A model generated the notes under the pieces. The model did not search any database. It was not told the DNA's origin and saw only the letters and a program-made list of their open reading frames with translations. Shown piece after piece: positions 1 through 12,072 of a DNA stretch of 64,000 nucleotides. The number at the start of each line of letters is the position of its first letter. The first letter of the stretch is position 1. The stretch comes from Felis catus (Eukaryota). Location: contig NC_058368.1 of the NCBI RefSeq assembly GCF_018350175.1, forward strand, positions 172,920,001 through 172,984,000, read 5' to 3'. The position numbers were made by a program, and so were the translations under genes.

Positions 1-153
1 CAAAACAAAACAAAACCTTGTGGAACAAACAACTCTACTAGAGATTCTGACTCTTGTCTAGCAAACCATACTGTTTATGCTATAAAATAGTTCCAAAGTT
101 CCAGTACTTGATAAGATGCTGAGAAAACAGAACTGATAAAACACTTCCCTCAA

Positions 154-361
154 GGGGCACCTGGATGGCTCAGTTGGTTAAAGCGTCTCACTCTTGATTT
201 CAGCTCAGGTCAAGATCTCAAGGTTCGTGGGATCAAGGCCCACATTGTGGGCTAACAGCACAGAGCCTACTTGGAATTTTCCCCGCCCCTCCCTCACTCA
301 GGCTTTCTCTATCTCTCTTTCTTTCTCAAAAGTAAATAAATAAACCAAAAAAAAAAAAAAA
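154..361 (+). mobile_element. Can-SINE (older, diverged)
   Basis: GGGGCACCTGGATGGCTCAG head, CT-rich body, AATAAA and A tail, degenerate TSD (CCCTCAA). Confidence 0.88.
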
Positions 362-575
362 CTCCCTCAAGGAAATTCTAGTTACCTAAAGGTTAGGCTA
401 AAAATAATGAGCTATGTGGATCAAGTTCCCTGTAAAATCCTATAGCTATAGCTACATAATGCCCCAGAGATCAGAACACAGCAGCTAATGGAATATATGT
501 GAATTCTAACGCATAACAGAATACCTGGGTAACAGAGATCTGTGCTGGCCTGAGAAACAAAAAGGATAAAGTTAC

Positions 576-781
576 CTTTTTTATATGTCCCATCCACTCC
601 TTTGCCCATCTTATCCTTGCTGCTCACATCACCCTCCATATAGGGAAAGACTCGAGCCTGGTGTGTCCACAGATAGTCATTAGACCCAAAGAATAACACA
701 GGGAACTCGCCAACATCATGTCTCATCTTATCGATATTGGAAGGTACAGCTCGAGGATGGCAGATCTCAGCTGGCCACCAC
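576..781 (-). CDS. NSD1: NSD1 exon 16 (206 nt), PWWP2
   Basis: Acceptor CCCAG|GTGG, donor AAG|GTAACT. Encodes (R)[68 protein letters not shown]. Confidence 0.96.
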
Positions 782-1254
782 CTGGGAAAGGTGAAAACAA
801 GCAAGGAAACCTTTAGAAGGCTGCAGAATAATTAGGGAAACAAGCTACTTTTTAGGACAGGAATAAGGAATAACAAGGTCTATCCACATTAAAGTCCAAC
901 CTAGCCATTTTTACAATCTAACTAGAGAACAAACAAGTAGTATGCGCTGAAAACGCCCACCTTCATAGATATACTCACATATAAAGTTAGATTCAGTTAT
1001 TCTAGTTTAAAGAATCTATAAAAGGAAACAATAATTTAACAAAATAATAATTATCACACAGATATGAACAAAGCTTTTGACTATAATGTTCACTGAAGAA
1101 TTATCTTTAAGAATGAAAACCTGGACAGCAATCTAAATGTTCAACAATAAGGGAATGAATGATAAGGTAACTATGGCACATGATACAATGAAATACAATT
1201 TGGCTTTTAAAAAACTGTTAGGCATATAGAAAAATGGCACCAAGAAATGCCCCC

Positions 1255-1362
1255 TAAAATAAAATAATAATAAAATAAAATAAAATAAAATAAAATAAAA
1301 TAAAATAAAATAAAATAAAATAAAATAAAATAAAATAAAATAAAATAAAATAAAATAAAATA
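1255..1362 (+). repeat. (TAAAA)n microsatellite
   Basis: About 20 near-perfect TAAAA units. Confidence 0.95.
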
Positions 1363-2315
1363 CATGTAAATTAATACTTTACATGTCCACTTTAGGAAGA
1401 CAATTTGGCATTAGTTATTTAAGGTGGAAACCCCTATCCAAGAAAAACTCCTGTGCATGTACACTAAGGAACACTGACAAACTGCTCCAAACAGAAAAAT
1501 GGATAAATTAACTACACTATATCGGAAGTCTATATGAAAAAGAAATGGAGAATGGCAAAGTATGAACTAGAGCACTACACTAACCACTATAAATCTCAGG
1601 AGCATAATAGTGAATGAAAAAAGCAAGTAGCAGGAAAATATAGCATCAATTCCTTTACATAAACGTCTAAAACATGCAAAACAAAACATTATACATGTGT
1701 AAACATATAGTAACGCAAAGGAATAAAAAACACAAAGTGTCGTATAGTCGTTACTGCTAGGAGTGGGGCAACAGTATATTCAGAAAGGGTCATGGAGGGA
1801 GCCTCAAGTACCAGCAATATGCTATTTCTTTAAATGGGAGGAACATACACAGGTATGTACTTATGTATGTATGTATCAGAAAGGTAAATTTCTGATTCTC
1901 TTAAATCATGCATGTTGTGATATTCTTCTGTATATTCCATGATCAACAAAAATAATTAAAAAAAAGAAAAGACACAAAACTGGGTATAAACCATAAGGCT
2001 AATTATTTTGAGGGAACATGCATTGGTGTGTCTTCAAGTAAATATGCTAAAATATTAGCAATGTATCTTCCTTGTTATGGGTTTGTTTTCATTCATGAAT
2101 TTTCCAGAGAATATGTATTATTCCTATAATCACAAAACAGAAAATGAGTTTTTTTCTTTTGTAATGAAAAAACTAATGGGGGGGGTGCACCTTGCTTAAT
2201 CAGAAAAATTTTTTTTAAAAATTAAAGAAAAAAAATGCTAAACACTGTATTTAAGATCCCAAGAAACAGAGGATGGTAAAAGAAAAGAGTGTCAGTCTCC
2301 TTCATGCTCACTCAC

Positions 2316-2472
2316 CTGTATCGTCCAACTTTTACCCAGACAATTTCCCTGTAATGGGGCTTTTTGCCTGCCTTACAATCATTGCAATACCAGTTTCCTT
2401 CAGGGATATCAATGTTCAGGCATTCACGATGAAAAGCAGCAGGGCAAGAATCACAGCACAGAAGGCTGCCTC
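2316..2472 (-). CDS. NSD1: NSD1 exon 15 (157 nt), PHD4 and start of PWWP2
   Basis: Acceptor CACAG|GAGGC, donor CAG|GTGAGT. Encodes (G)[51 protein letters not shown](R). Confidence 0.96.
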
Positions 2473-2739
2473 CTGTGGGAATCAAAAAATCTGGCACTCA
2501 GAATCACAAGGCCACATATCATGACCCAGATGAAATAGCTTTTGCTCCTAACCAATTATTTATCTCTCAGCTAAGGATTTAGTAATTTATCCAGAAAGGA
2601 TTTTCTACAAGAGCATTTATTCTCTCTCCAATATTCCTGTGAACCACAACCTTGGGGGTTTGTTAGATTCACAACAAATAAATATGAGATCTTACTGGCA
2701 AAATGAGGTTAGGGCAATGAGGTCAGAAATCAACCTCTA

Positions 2740-2945
2740 GGGTGCCTGGGTGGCTCAGTCGGTTGAGCAGCCGACTTTGGCTCAGGTCATGATCTCACGG
2801 TTCATGACTTTGAGACCCATGTTGGGCTCTGTGCTGACGGCCTGGAGCCTGCTTCGGATTATGTGTCTCCCTCTCTCTCTACCCCTCCCTTGCTCATGCT
2901 CTGTCTCTCTTTCTCAAAAATAAACATTTAAAAAAAAGTTTAAAA
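2740..2945 (+). mobile_element. Can-SINE (SINEC_Fc-like)
   Basis: Typical head and tail. TSD AAATCAACCTCTA / AAATCAACTTCTA. Confidence 0.92.
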
Positions 2946-3871
2946 AAATCAACTTCTAAAAATATATACATGCATACATATTTATTTCTCTTCACACACC
3001 AGAGACACACCAAATAAAAAGGATACCAGGGACACACAATGACCAGAGTATGAAGAGCACAAATTTTAAGTGATGTCAATTTTGAGCACCAAGATCATAT
3101 GACCATAGGGAATTCACTTTTCTTGCTAAGGTATCATTTCCTCAGTGATGTTTTCCACAATCACATCTATTTGAAGACTAGATAAGTGAAAAAATGGCCC
3201 AGTAGTGTCTGACACATACACAGTCTCCATATGGTCAGTTCCTTCCCTCTTTTGAAATTACTTTTTAATCATTTTTATGTTTGGTACTCTGACACCTATG
3301 GGCTCTTTTCAGAGTAACATTTATAAATGCATAAACCTAACATATAGATTGGAAAGACAATGTTACATTAAGATATAATTATCAAAATGTTAGAACAAGA
3401 AATTATATGTTTCTTTGTAATGCAAAAATAAGATCTAGCAGTAGCAATGACTGCAAAATACTTTAAGATATCTACAACAAATGAAATACCTATGATTTTC
3501 ACAGTTGACAAAAAAGTCACAGGTACTAAAGTGATTTGTTTCCCTAAAATTCAGTTAAATGTATGTTCTCCCTTCTCCATTGAGGTTTTCAGACACCAGG
3601 ATAATTACATATATTGCAATGACAAGGAATTTTCACTTCCTAAAGATTTTCACTTAAAGTGATTCAATTTATATGTCTGAAGCTGAAATCCTCATGGTTA
3701 CAGACTGTAAAGAATTTTAGGTAAAGAGGAATCATATTTAGGGAATATAATAAATACCTTAAGGCCACAAATGAGCATGCTTCAAACATGCTAGACTCAA
3801 ACATATAACTCCAAGTCTTGTCCTGAAGAGTTAGTGAGGGTAAAGCCTTAGCAAAATATATGTTCGTGTCT

Positions 3872-5438
3872 AGCAGGTCTCAGGCTTTCTGGCCTCACGA
3901 CAACTTTATATTCTTGGAGATCCCAAAATAAATTTTGTTTATGTAAGCTAAAAATATGTATATTTACTAAACAGAAATCAAAATTAAGAAAATTTTTAAA
4001 TATTTACTAATTCATTTAAAAATATCAAATTCTATTAATATAAATTTTGTAAAAAAAATAACTATTTTCCAAAATATATGTTAATGGGGCTCACTGTTTC
4101 ACATTTTTACAAATATTTTAAACTGAATTCATTGCAATACGCTGTTTGGTTGAGGCACATGAAGAAAATCTGTTCTTTCTCAGATAAATACTTATAAAAA
4201 AGGACTATTTTAGTAACTTGTTCAAGACCTATACAAATTCTTTCTTTGATACTATCTATACACTAAAACTCCACAGGGTAGACTTTAGTTGCAATGTCAA
4301 ATCTGAAATAATTTCAATAAACTTTTAGTACTACTACATTAAAATTCATTGATCTGTCTTGCACTTTGAATGGATCTTTTATATATGCATGGTTTTTAAC
4401 TTTTTAATGTGCACATTGCACATTGGTCATATGGAAAATACTAGTTTGCTGAATTAGGTAGATCTTCCAAATGTTGATCTACTTCATTATATACTATTAT
4501 AATATCAGTTATTCATATCATGAGGGTTTCACAATAATACTAAAAAGCTGTTAAGCTTCAGGGTGATAGTTACCAGTTTTCCAAATTCTAATTTTCACTT
4601 AAGAGCTCAAGTTTTATCACTGGCAACGACTTCTGTCTGTGTGTTTTCCTTGAAAACAGGCTCACTTTTATCCATTTTCAAGAAAATGTCTGACGAATAT
4701 CCAAGTGTGAAGAGCCATGGTTTGTCACAGTAATTCTTACAACTAAAACTGGCATTCCATGAATAAGGCAGCTAGTTCAGACTGCAACTCAATTGCATGA
4801 GTGCTTTAACTTAAGATAACCATCAGTATACAAAAGAACCACTTTATATGCACTTCCCATTTTATAATACAGAATATTAAAAACAATGTTCACCTGAGGA
4901 TTGATATTCAATAAAATTAATGATTATTATATAAGAATAGTCTTGTGTGAAACTTTTTTTTATTTTTTTTAATTTTTTTTTTTCAACGTTTATTTATTTT
5001 TGGAACAGAGAGAGATAGAGCATGAACGGGGGAGGGGCAGAGAGAGAGGGAGACACAGAGTAGGAAACAGGCTCCAGGCTCTGAGCCATCAGCCCAGAGC
5101 CTGACGTGGGGCTCGAACTCCCGGACCGCGAGATCGTGACCTGGCTGAAGTCGGACGCTTAACCGACTGCGCCACCCAGGCTCCCCTGTGTGAAACTTTT
5201 AAAAAAAAAACTGAGAGTGTGTGGTGACACAGAACACAAGGGACTGCTTCTACTTATATGGTTTAGAGCCACTGCCTTGATTTCTATTAGGTGTAGCAGT
5301 TTTACCCACCACTAGTTTTGAACCATCAGTGTAAATGTCAACAAATTATAAATGGCAAGTAGTATCTTACTATTATTATTATGAAAAGAGTTATGATTTC
5401 ATGGAAGCCTCTGAAAGGGCCTACACTTTGAAAGCTGC
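3872..5438 (-). mobile_element. hAT-Charlie (Charlie1/1a-like) DNA transposon fossil, interrupted by a SINE
   Basis: Extended resemblance to the recalled Charlie1 consensus, e.g. TCTTGCACTTTGAATGGATCTTTTA and CATTTTCAAGAAAATGTCTG. Degraded terminal CACTTTGAAAGCTGCT. Confidence 0.75.
4958..5186 (-). mobile_element. Young SINEC_Fc
   Basis: CpG-rich copy. TSD TGTGTGAAACTTTT on both sides. Confidence 0.95.
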
Positions 5439-5722
5439 TACTGTTGCAGCTACTAAGTTTTCTCGGAAACTCAGTTACCATTATGTATATCCATTAATGG
5501 ATTCAGTAGCTTTTCAGTTAGGATGCTCCATGTTAGGAATGCTATCACATGGGCACTCTCGCTTTTATTCATTTCATCCCACTCTGGAGTTAGAAATGGT
5601 CTAATGTTGAAACTGTTTCATCATCCCATCTCCAAGAAATGTGGAAAACTTTTGGAGCCTACACTTCAGCCTCCCAGACACCTGTTTTTATTCTAAGAGT
5701 AGAATTACAGAATGTTGTATTT

Positions 5723-5864
5723 AAAGTTTATTTATTTTGAGAGAGACTTAGCAAGTGGGAGAGGGGCGGGGGGGGGGGGAGAGGGAGGGAGGGAGGGAGA
5801 GAGGGAGAAGGAGGGAGGGGGAGGGAGAGAGAGGGAGAAGGGGGAGAGGGAGAAGGGGGGGAGG

Positions 5865-5919
<55 letters not shown>

Positions 5920-6104
5920 AGGGAGGGAGGGAGGGAGGGAGGGAGGGAGGGAGGGAGGGAGGGAGGGAGGGAGGGAATCCCAAGCAAGCTCCAAACGTTC
6001 AGTGTAGAGCCCGATGTGGGGCTCCATCCCACGAACTGTGAGATCGTGGTGTGAGCCGACATCAAGAGTCAAATGCTTAACTGACTGAGCCACCTGGGTG
6101 CCCC
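5723..6104 (-). mobile_element. Can-SINE with a greatly expanded internal (CT)n/(CCCT)n tract
   Basis: SINE head at about 6104 and tail at about 5723. TSD AGAATGTTRTATTT. About 220 bp purine run on the + strand. Confidence 0.9.
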
Positions 6105-7399
6105 CAGAATGTTATATTTAAAAGCTATTAAATACCAAACTCTTGTCTTTAACTTTCTTCTAAACAAAAGAAGAGTGGTATAATAAATAGGCAGCAGTGT
6201 TCACAAGACAGTGTTTATAAGGAGCAGGTATTAGAAGAACAAAAAGAATGTCCTCTTTGTGAATTAAAACATCTCTACCCCAAAGGCTTCCCTCTTTATC
6301 TGTAACTGCACTTAACGTGCTTTTTGTTTATTCTATATTAGCAGCATAGAATGGTTTGAGGATACAAACCATGTCCTCTAAGTGTATCTTTTCCTTAAAT
6401 TGTCATGTTACATGAATCTTCTAAGAGCACAAAAAGTCCAAATTGACCACTTCAATCATATAAAGCAGTTGAAAAACCTTCTTCTATAACTTTAGCACTA
6501 TTTAGTATATATCCAAATTTCTCAAGAGGGATGTTCATTCAATTAGACATACTTTTTAAATGAGTCCCTCAGAATGTTCATAACCAGCTAAGTTTTCATG
6601 AAATTGCATAGCCAATAAGTATTAAAAAAACAGAAAAGTGAGAGAAATTGTTCCCCCTAAATTACTAATCAATAAAATTTAGTCAATTTGAAAAGTAATG
6701 AAGAAACTACATGAGAACTGGTGTCACCATCAACAACAGAAAAAACAGTGAAGCAATGTCCACAACAGTCTTAGAAAAAGAACACATATCCTGTTTTATA
6801 GTAACCCAACACATGCTTCTAGTATAGAAGCAAATGATGGATAGCCTCAAGCAGAGAAATAAGCACCTCTGGGTGCTTCCTAGAAGTTCAGTCAACCAAG
6901 AGAAAAATTAAAATAAGGAAATCAGAATTATAAGCACCATAGTAAATAGAGTAGTGATGATTACTAAACCATCCACTTACAATAACTAGCAAAAATCAGG
7001 CTGTGAGGAATTGAAAAAAATATAGAAGCTTAACACTAACTCTATCAAAGAAGTATGTTTTAAGTTGAAGAAAAAAAAATATAAAGATATAAAATTTATT
7101 TTTCTTCCACTTTAGAAGAACTTTTAGGAATACCTCTAACAGTTAAGAAATACTTAATAGATGTTCATAAATTCCTTCACTTTCCTTTTATATTCATGAA
7201 TAAACGATTTAACAAAAAAGAAACACAACTGTACAATATAATACCATCTTCTAGAACTATTTCTATCTAGATATATACCCCTGCTTTCTGCTTATGTGCA
7301 CAAATGTCTTATGTAGTATCACTTAAAATTAAGTAATGATTTTTTCTGATGGTGGAACTTGGGACGATTTGGGATTATTTATTTATTAATTATTATTCC

Positions 7400-7698
7400 T
7401 TGCCTCCAGTTTATTTAACATATAACATTGTGTATAAAGTGTACAACATAATGACTAGATGTATATACTGTGAAATGATTGCCCAACTAAGGTTAGGGAA
7501 CACATCAAACATCTCACATAATTATAATTTTTTCTTTTTGGTGGTAGTGAGAACTTTTAAGACCTACTCTCTTTAGCAACTTGCAAATATGCAATACAGT
7601 ATTAGTCACTATAGTTACCGTGGTGTACATTAAGTCCACAAACTTACCAATCTTCTAACTGGAAGTTTGTACTGTTTGATCACATTCCCCCATTTTCC
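7400..7698 (-). mobile_element. LINE-1 3' end fragment (old L1MA-like)
   Basis: Resembles a reversed L1 3'UTR, e.g. GTGAGAACTTTTAAGACCTACTCTCTTTAGCAAC...CAATACAGTATT. Confidence 0.7.
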
Positions 7699-7973
7699 AA
7701 GGGTGATTCTATTTCCTTTGCCTTATCTTTCTCTTTGTTTCATTTATCATTTTAATGAAAATAAGGTCATGATTCAAAATAACAAAATAAAACCTCTCCC
7801 TTATCAGGGAAAAAAAAACAAGTTTAAAAGTTCTGCTATGTTATCCTAAGTTCAAGACATTACATCCCAATATTTTCTCTACTAACAATGTGAAGAAAAT
7901 GATTTTTGTTGCACTTAAAATATTGTATTAACCTCTTTTTAGACTATTCATACATTAAGCAGTCATGTCTTAC

Positions 7974-8153
7974 CTTCTGAGCATACAAAACACCAGCTAA
8001 CGTTAACATGCTCATGATTTCGGCAGCCCCGCCGAGGTGTAAAGTGATTAGGGCAGATGATACTATTAGATGCAAGGATCTTGGACCCAGCAGCCAGGCA
8101 AAAGTCATTGGCATGGTATGCCACAGGGCAGCGGACACAGCGCATCAGACGAC
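7974..8153 (-). CDS. NSD1: NSD1 exon 14 (180 nt), PHD3 and start of PHD4
   Basis: Acceptor TTTTAG|GTCGT, donor AAG|GTAAGA. Encodes (G)[59 protein letters not shown]. Confidence 0.96.
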
Positions 8154-9466
8154 CTAAAATTACAAGCAGGAAAACCAGAGTAGCAGACAAAAAACAAAGA
8201 GATTAAATATAAAACAACACGAGTTACTGAAATCTTTGTCAGCACTGAGAAAATGTCACTAATAGAAGGAAACACTACTAGGACAAGGGATGATAAAACA
8301 CATAATTCACTATGAAAAGCTCAGATGGGAGCTATGTGATAAGTTGCCACAAAGTCAGATCTCACGACTATTAAGTGAGCCTGCCTCACCAAGAAAAACC
8401 CTATATAATCCATTGCCTAGACTCCTAGGAAACCTGGAATCAGCCTCAAACTAAATAGAAGGGATGTGCACAATCAGAAAGAAGGCCAGCGGGGAGAGAG
8501 AAAGACTAATAAATAATATTGCTTGGTACTATGTGATTCTTAAAGCCGGAACTTTAAGGTGAATGAACCCCTTCCAGATAAAATATGTCCTCTAACATGT
8601 ATCACACCAAATAGAAACCATTACCAAATCATCTAAATGTAATCTACAATAGCAACTAAAAATGGGAAGGTAAACTGATGGTTAAACTGTAATTTTGATC
8701 AAGCAAGTTAAATTGCTGTACTTAAGAGTGAGGAGATCTATAAGTCCAAGGAATCATATTACAAAAGGTACTGCCAGTCTAATTAAAAGCAAAGGCAAAA
8801 CACTGCTACGTTTTTCCTCCTCAATCCCCTATGGGAGAAATGAGAGCTCTGTGGGCACACAAGCATTTAATAGTAGAGACACAATATTTGGCTTGGGAAA
8901 ATTAGTAAGAGACCCTATTATTATTGAACAGAAATAAATGATTGTTTTCCCAATGAGAACAGACCTAAAAACTTGAATTTACCTGGAACTATAGGCAGTT
9001 TTGGAAACTTTAGCTCTCAATCTAACTATAATGCAGGAAAGAGGTTTTAGGATAGAAGTTTCCATTTAAAAAAAAAATAAACCAACACAAAACAAAAACC
9101 TCAATTCTACCCTAAATTCATGTCTGAATGATATCACATCTGACAACCATAGATATAAAGGGTCCATAGGAAACGAATAATACACTTTGGTCTAATGGAG
9201 TAGGGGGAGAAAGGCATGTAGCACAATATTTTCTCAAACTAAGAAATCGAAATATTTCAAACCACCACATAACATTAGGGCTCCACAGAATACAATGTGG
9301 GAACTGCTAGACTAGTCCATTATTCTCCTCTCTCTCACATAAAATGCTGACACTCTTGACAAAAGCTAGAGAGGCCACGAAGAGATGCCAGTTAGCACCT
9401 GGAAATACACACTGCCAATGAAAGCGAGGTTCTACAATTAGACTGGTCCATGTGAGAAACTCATAC

Positions 9467-9667
9467 CTTTAGATGCAGAAACACTGGCTGGATTAGCAGC
9501 ATGGCAGGTTATACAGATGTGGAGGGAGCACCGGAAGCCCTTGTTCTGCATAACAGTGGGTGGATACTTCTGGACACACTCTTCATGGTAAAACTTTCCA
9601 CACAAGGGCAAAAGGCACCTTTTAACATCTTCCCCACTCTGCTTACAAACAAAACAGGTATGGATTC
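9467..9667 (-). CDS. NSD1: NSD1 exon 13 (201 nt), PHD2 and start of PHD3
   Basis: Acceptor CCCAG|GAATC, donor AAG|GTATGA. Encodes (G)[66 protein letters not shown]. Confidence 0.96.
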
Positions 9668-9834
9668 CTGGGAAACCGAAATAAAGTAATAAATTAACAC
9701 CAATTTAAGAGTTCATCCAATGCTAAAGCATTAGATGAAAGTTTGTAAGTACACAATTCTGTACTAAGTTCCAATATGGGGTGTGTGTATGCGTGTGAGT
9801 ATGTGTGTGCGTGGGTGGGGGGAGCGGGAAGGGT

Positions 9835-10601
9835 AGTTCCCATACCACCAAGCAATTCTCCAACACCAGCTAGGTATCTTACAATTCAACTTAATTCTGA
9901 GACTATATACCTGGCAATAACATCATATCCCACAGATTAAGGACTCAGTTCTACATGACTGCCCCATCCTCAACTTCAGATGCCACTCTCAAGTCCAGGT
10001 TGTCACCTATACTTCTGACTAGCTATATATCAGAGGTTCTCATGACCCTGTCTTCCTCAGGTTTGATTAGTTTGCTAAAATGGCTCACAGAGAAAGATTT
10101 TTATTTATTTACTGGATCACCGGTTTATTACAAAAGGTTGTAACTCATGAACAGCTAAATGGAAGAGATGAATAGGGCAAGATATGAGGAAAGGGTATGG
10201 AGCTTTCATGCCCTCTCCAAGAGGCACCACTTTCTTCTTAATCTCCACATGTTCACCAATCATTCAGAAGCTCTCTGAAACCCACCCTTTTAGGTTTTGA
10301 TGGAGATTTCATTGCATAGGCATGGCGGATTAAACCACTGGCCAGTGATTCAACCTCCGGCCCTTTTTCCTCGCTAGAGATTAGGGGGCTAGGAATGAAA
10401 GTTCTAGCCCTCTAATCAGGATGGGTTCTTCTGGCAATCAAGCCCCCATCCTTAGGTGTGTCTTTCATTAACATAATAAAATACACACAAAGGACATCTT
10501 TATCACTCTCACCCCTTAGGAGACACCAAGGTCTTGGGAGCTCTTGTACCATAAACTAAAGACCAAAATACACATTTCTTAGTATAAATCACAATATCAC
10601 A
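9835..10601 (-). mobile_element. MER21-like solo LTR
   Basis: Minus strand begins TGTGATATTGTGATTTATACTAAGAAATG...TTTGGTC, as recalled for MER21-family LTRs. The lower boundary is approximate. Confidence 0.7.
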
Positions 10602-11242
10602 GTAAAGAACTTTCTAAGAGACTGATTAGGATGACAACGTGAACCCACTGAACAATCACTACTGAGAAAATCTTGACAATGTTTGCTTGCTAATGTGACA
10701 CAATAGGAACTACACATTACGTACAAAGCATTCCTGCCAGAAGAAAACTGACCTGAAATTAATTCAGCCTCTAGATCTAACTACAAGTTTCCAGGAAATA
10801 TGGAAGAGATAGAGGAAGAAGTTAAAAGGACACCTCAAAGATGCAATCAACCAAATTTACAATGTGGAAAACTGAGCAGGACCAATCACCGTTGTCTCAA
10901 CAAATAAATGACACTTAAAAATAGGGTGGGAGTAGTAATGTTGTAGATTAAGAGAAATTAAGAGACATATCAAAAAATAAAGAAAACCTTATCTGGATCT
11001 TGATTCAAACACTATAAAAAGACATCTTTGAAACAAATTGGAAAATTTTTAAATGAGACTGGGTACTGTATAATTTTGCTACACATTAGATATATATCTT
11101 TAAGTAGTAACTGTTACACCTTTTGAAATACATGGGTAAACAGAGGTAGAACACCAAGAAGTACTGAAGCTAAGTGACGAATACGGGGGGGAATCTTTAC
11201 ACTGTTCTACTTTTATAAATGTCTGAGGATTTCTTTCTTTTC

Positions 11243-11289
11243 CTTCTTTTTTAATGTTTTTGAGAGAGAAACAGCGAGAGTGGGGGAGG

Positions 11290-11337
<48 letters not shown>

Positions 11338-11430
11338 CAGAATCCGAAGCAGGCTCCAATTCACAAGCAGTGAGATCATGATCTGAGCCAAAGTCACATG
11401 CTTAACTGAGTGAGCTACCCAGGTACCCTG
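11243..11430 (-). mobile_element. Can-SINE with internal deletion and (GA)n tract
   Basis: Reversed SINE head and tail, flanked by TGTCTGAGGATTTCT on both sides. Confidence 0.88.
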
Positions 11431-11847
11431 AGTGTCTGAGGATTTCTGTAATACAAAGTTTAAGAAAAGAAAAAAAAAATCCACCTCTCTCTGAGAAGCA
11501 ATACAATGTAAAGGAAAAAGCTCAGGCTTGAAAGACACATCTGAACTTGCCTCTGACACTTGCTGGAAATAGAAGCTCATTAAAATAGCCCATCTCACCT
11601 ATAAATAGTAAGTTTACCCAACTAATAATGATTTTAGGAAAAATTTTTAATTATGCATTTGGAAAGAAGCAAACTACTTACTGTCTAATGCCAAGTAACT
11701 CACAGCCAATATTAGATTAGAATAACCTAAATTACGGGACAGTCACTCCCCATTAGGAAAATAGGGTAAGAAATGACTCCTTTATTCTTATTCTATTCAT
11801 CTTTACTAAAACCAGAGTAAAATTTCCTACCCTCAAAAATAACTCTT

Positions 11848-12059
11848 GGGGCGCCTGGGTGGTGCAGTCGGTTAAGCGTCCGACTTCAGCCAGGTCGCGA
11901 TCTCACGGTCTGTGAGTTCAAGCCCCACGTCAGGCTCTGGGCTGATGGCTCAGAGCCTGGAGCCTGTTTCCGATTCTGTGTCTCCCTCTCTCTCTGCCCC
12001 TCCCCCGTTCATGCTCTGTCTCTCTCTGTCCCAAAAATAAATAAACGTTGAAAAAAAAA
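11848..12059 (+). mobile_element. Young SINEC_Fc
   Basis: Perfect TSD AAAAATAACTCTT. Confidence 0.95.
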
Positions 12060-12072
12060 AAAAATAACTCTT

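Noticed and set aside
5712..6093. Several 80-120 aa ORFs rich in ER/GR or SL/PPSL
   Set aside because: Produced by the stop-free simple repeat inside a SINE.
11848..11920. tRNA-like A/B boxes in SINE heads
   Set aside because: Can-SINEs are tRNA-derived; no complete cloverleaf tRNA gene is present.
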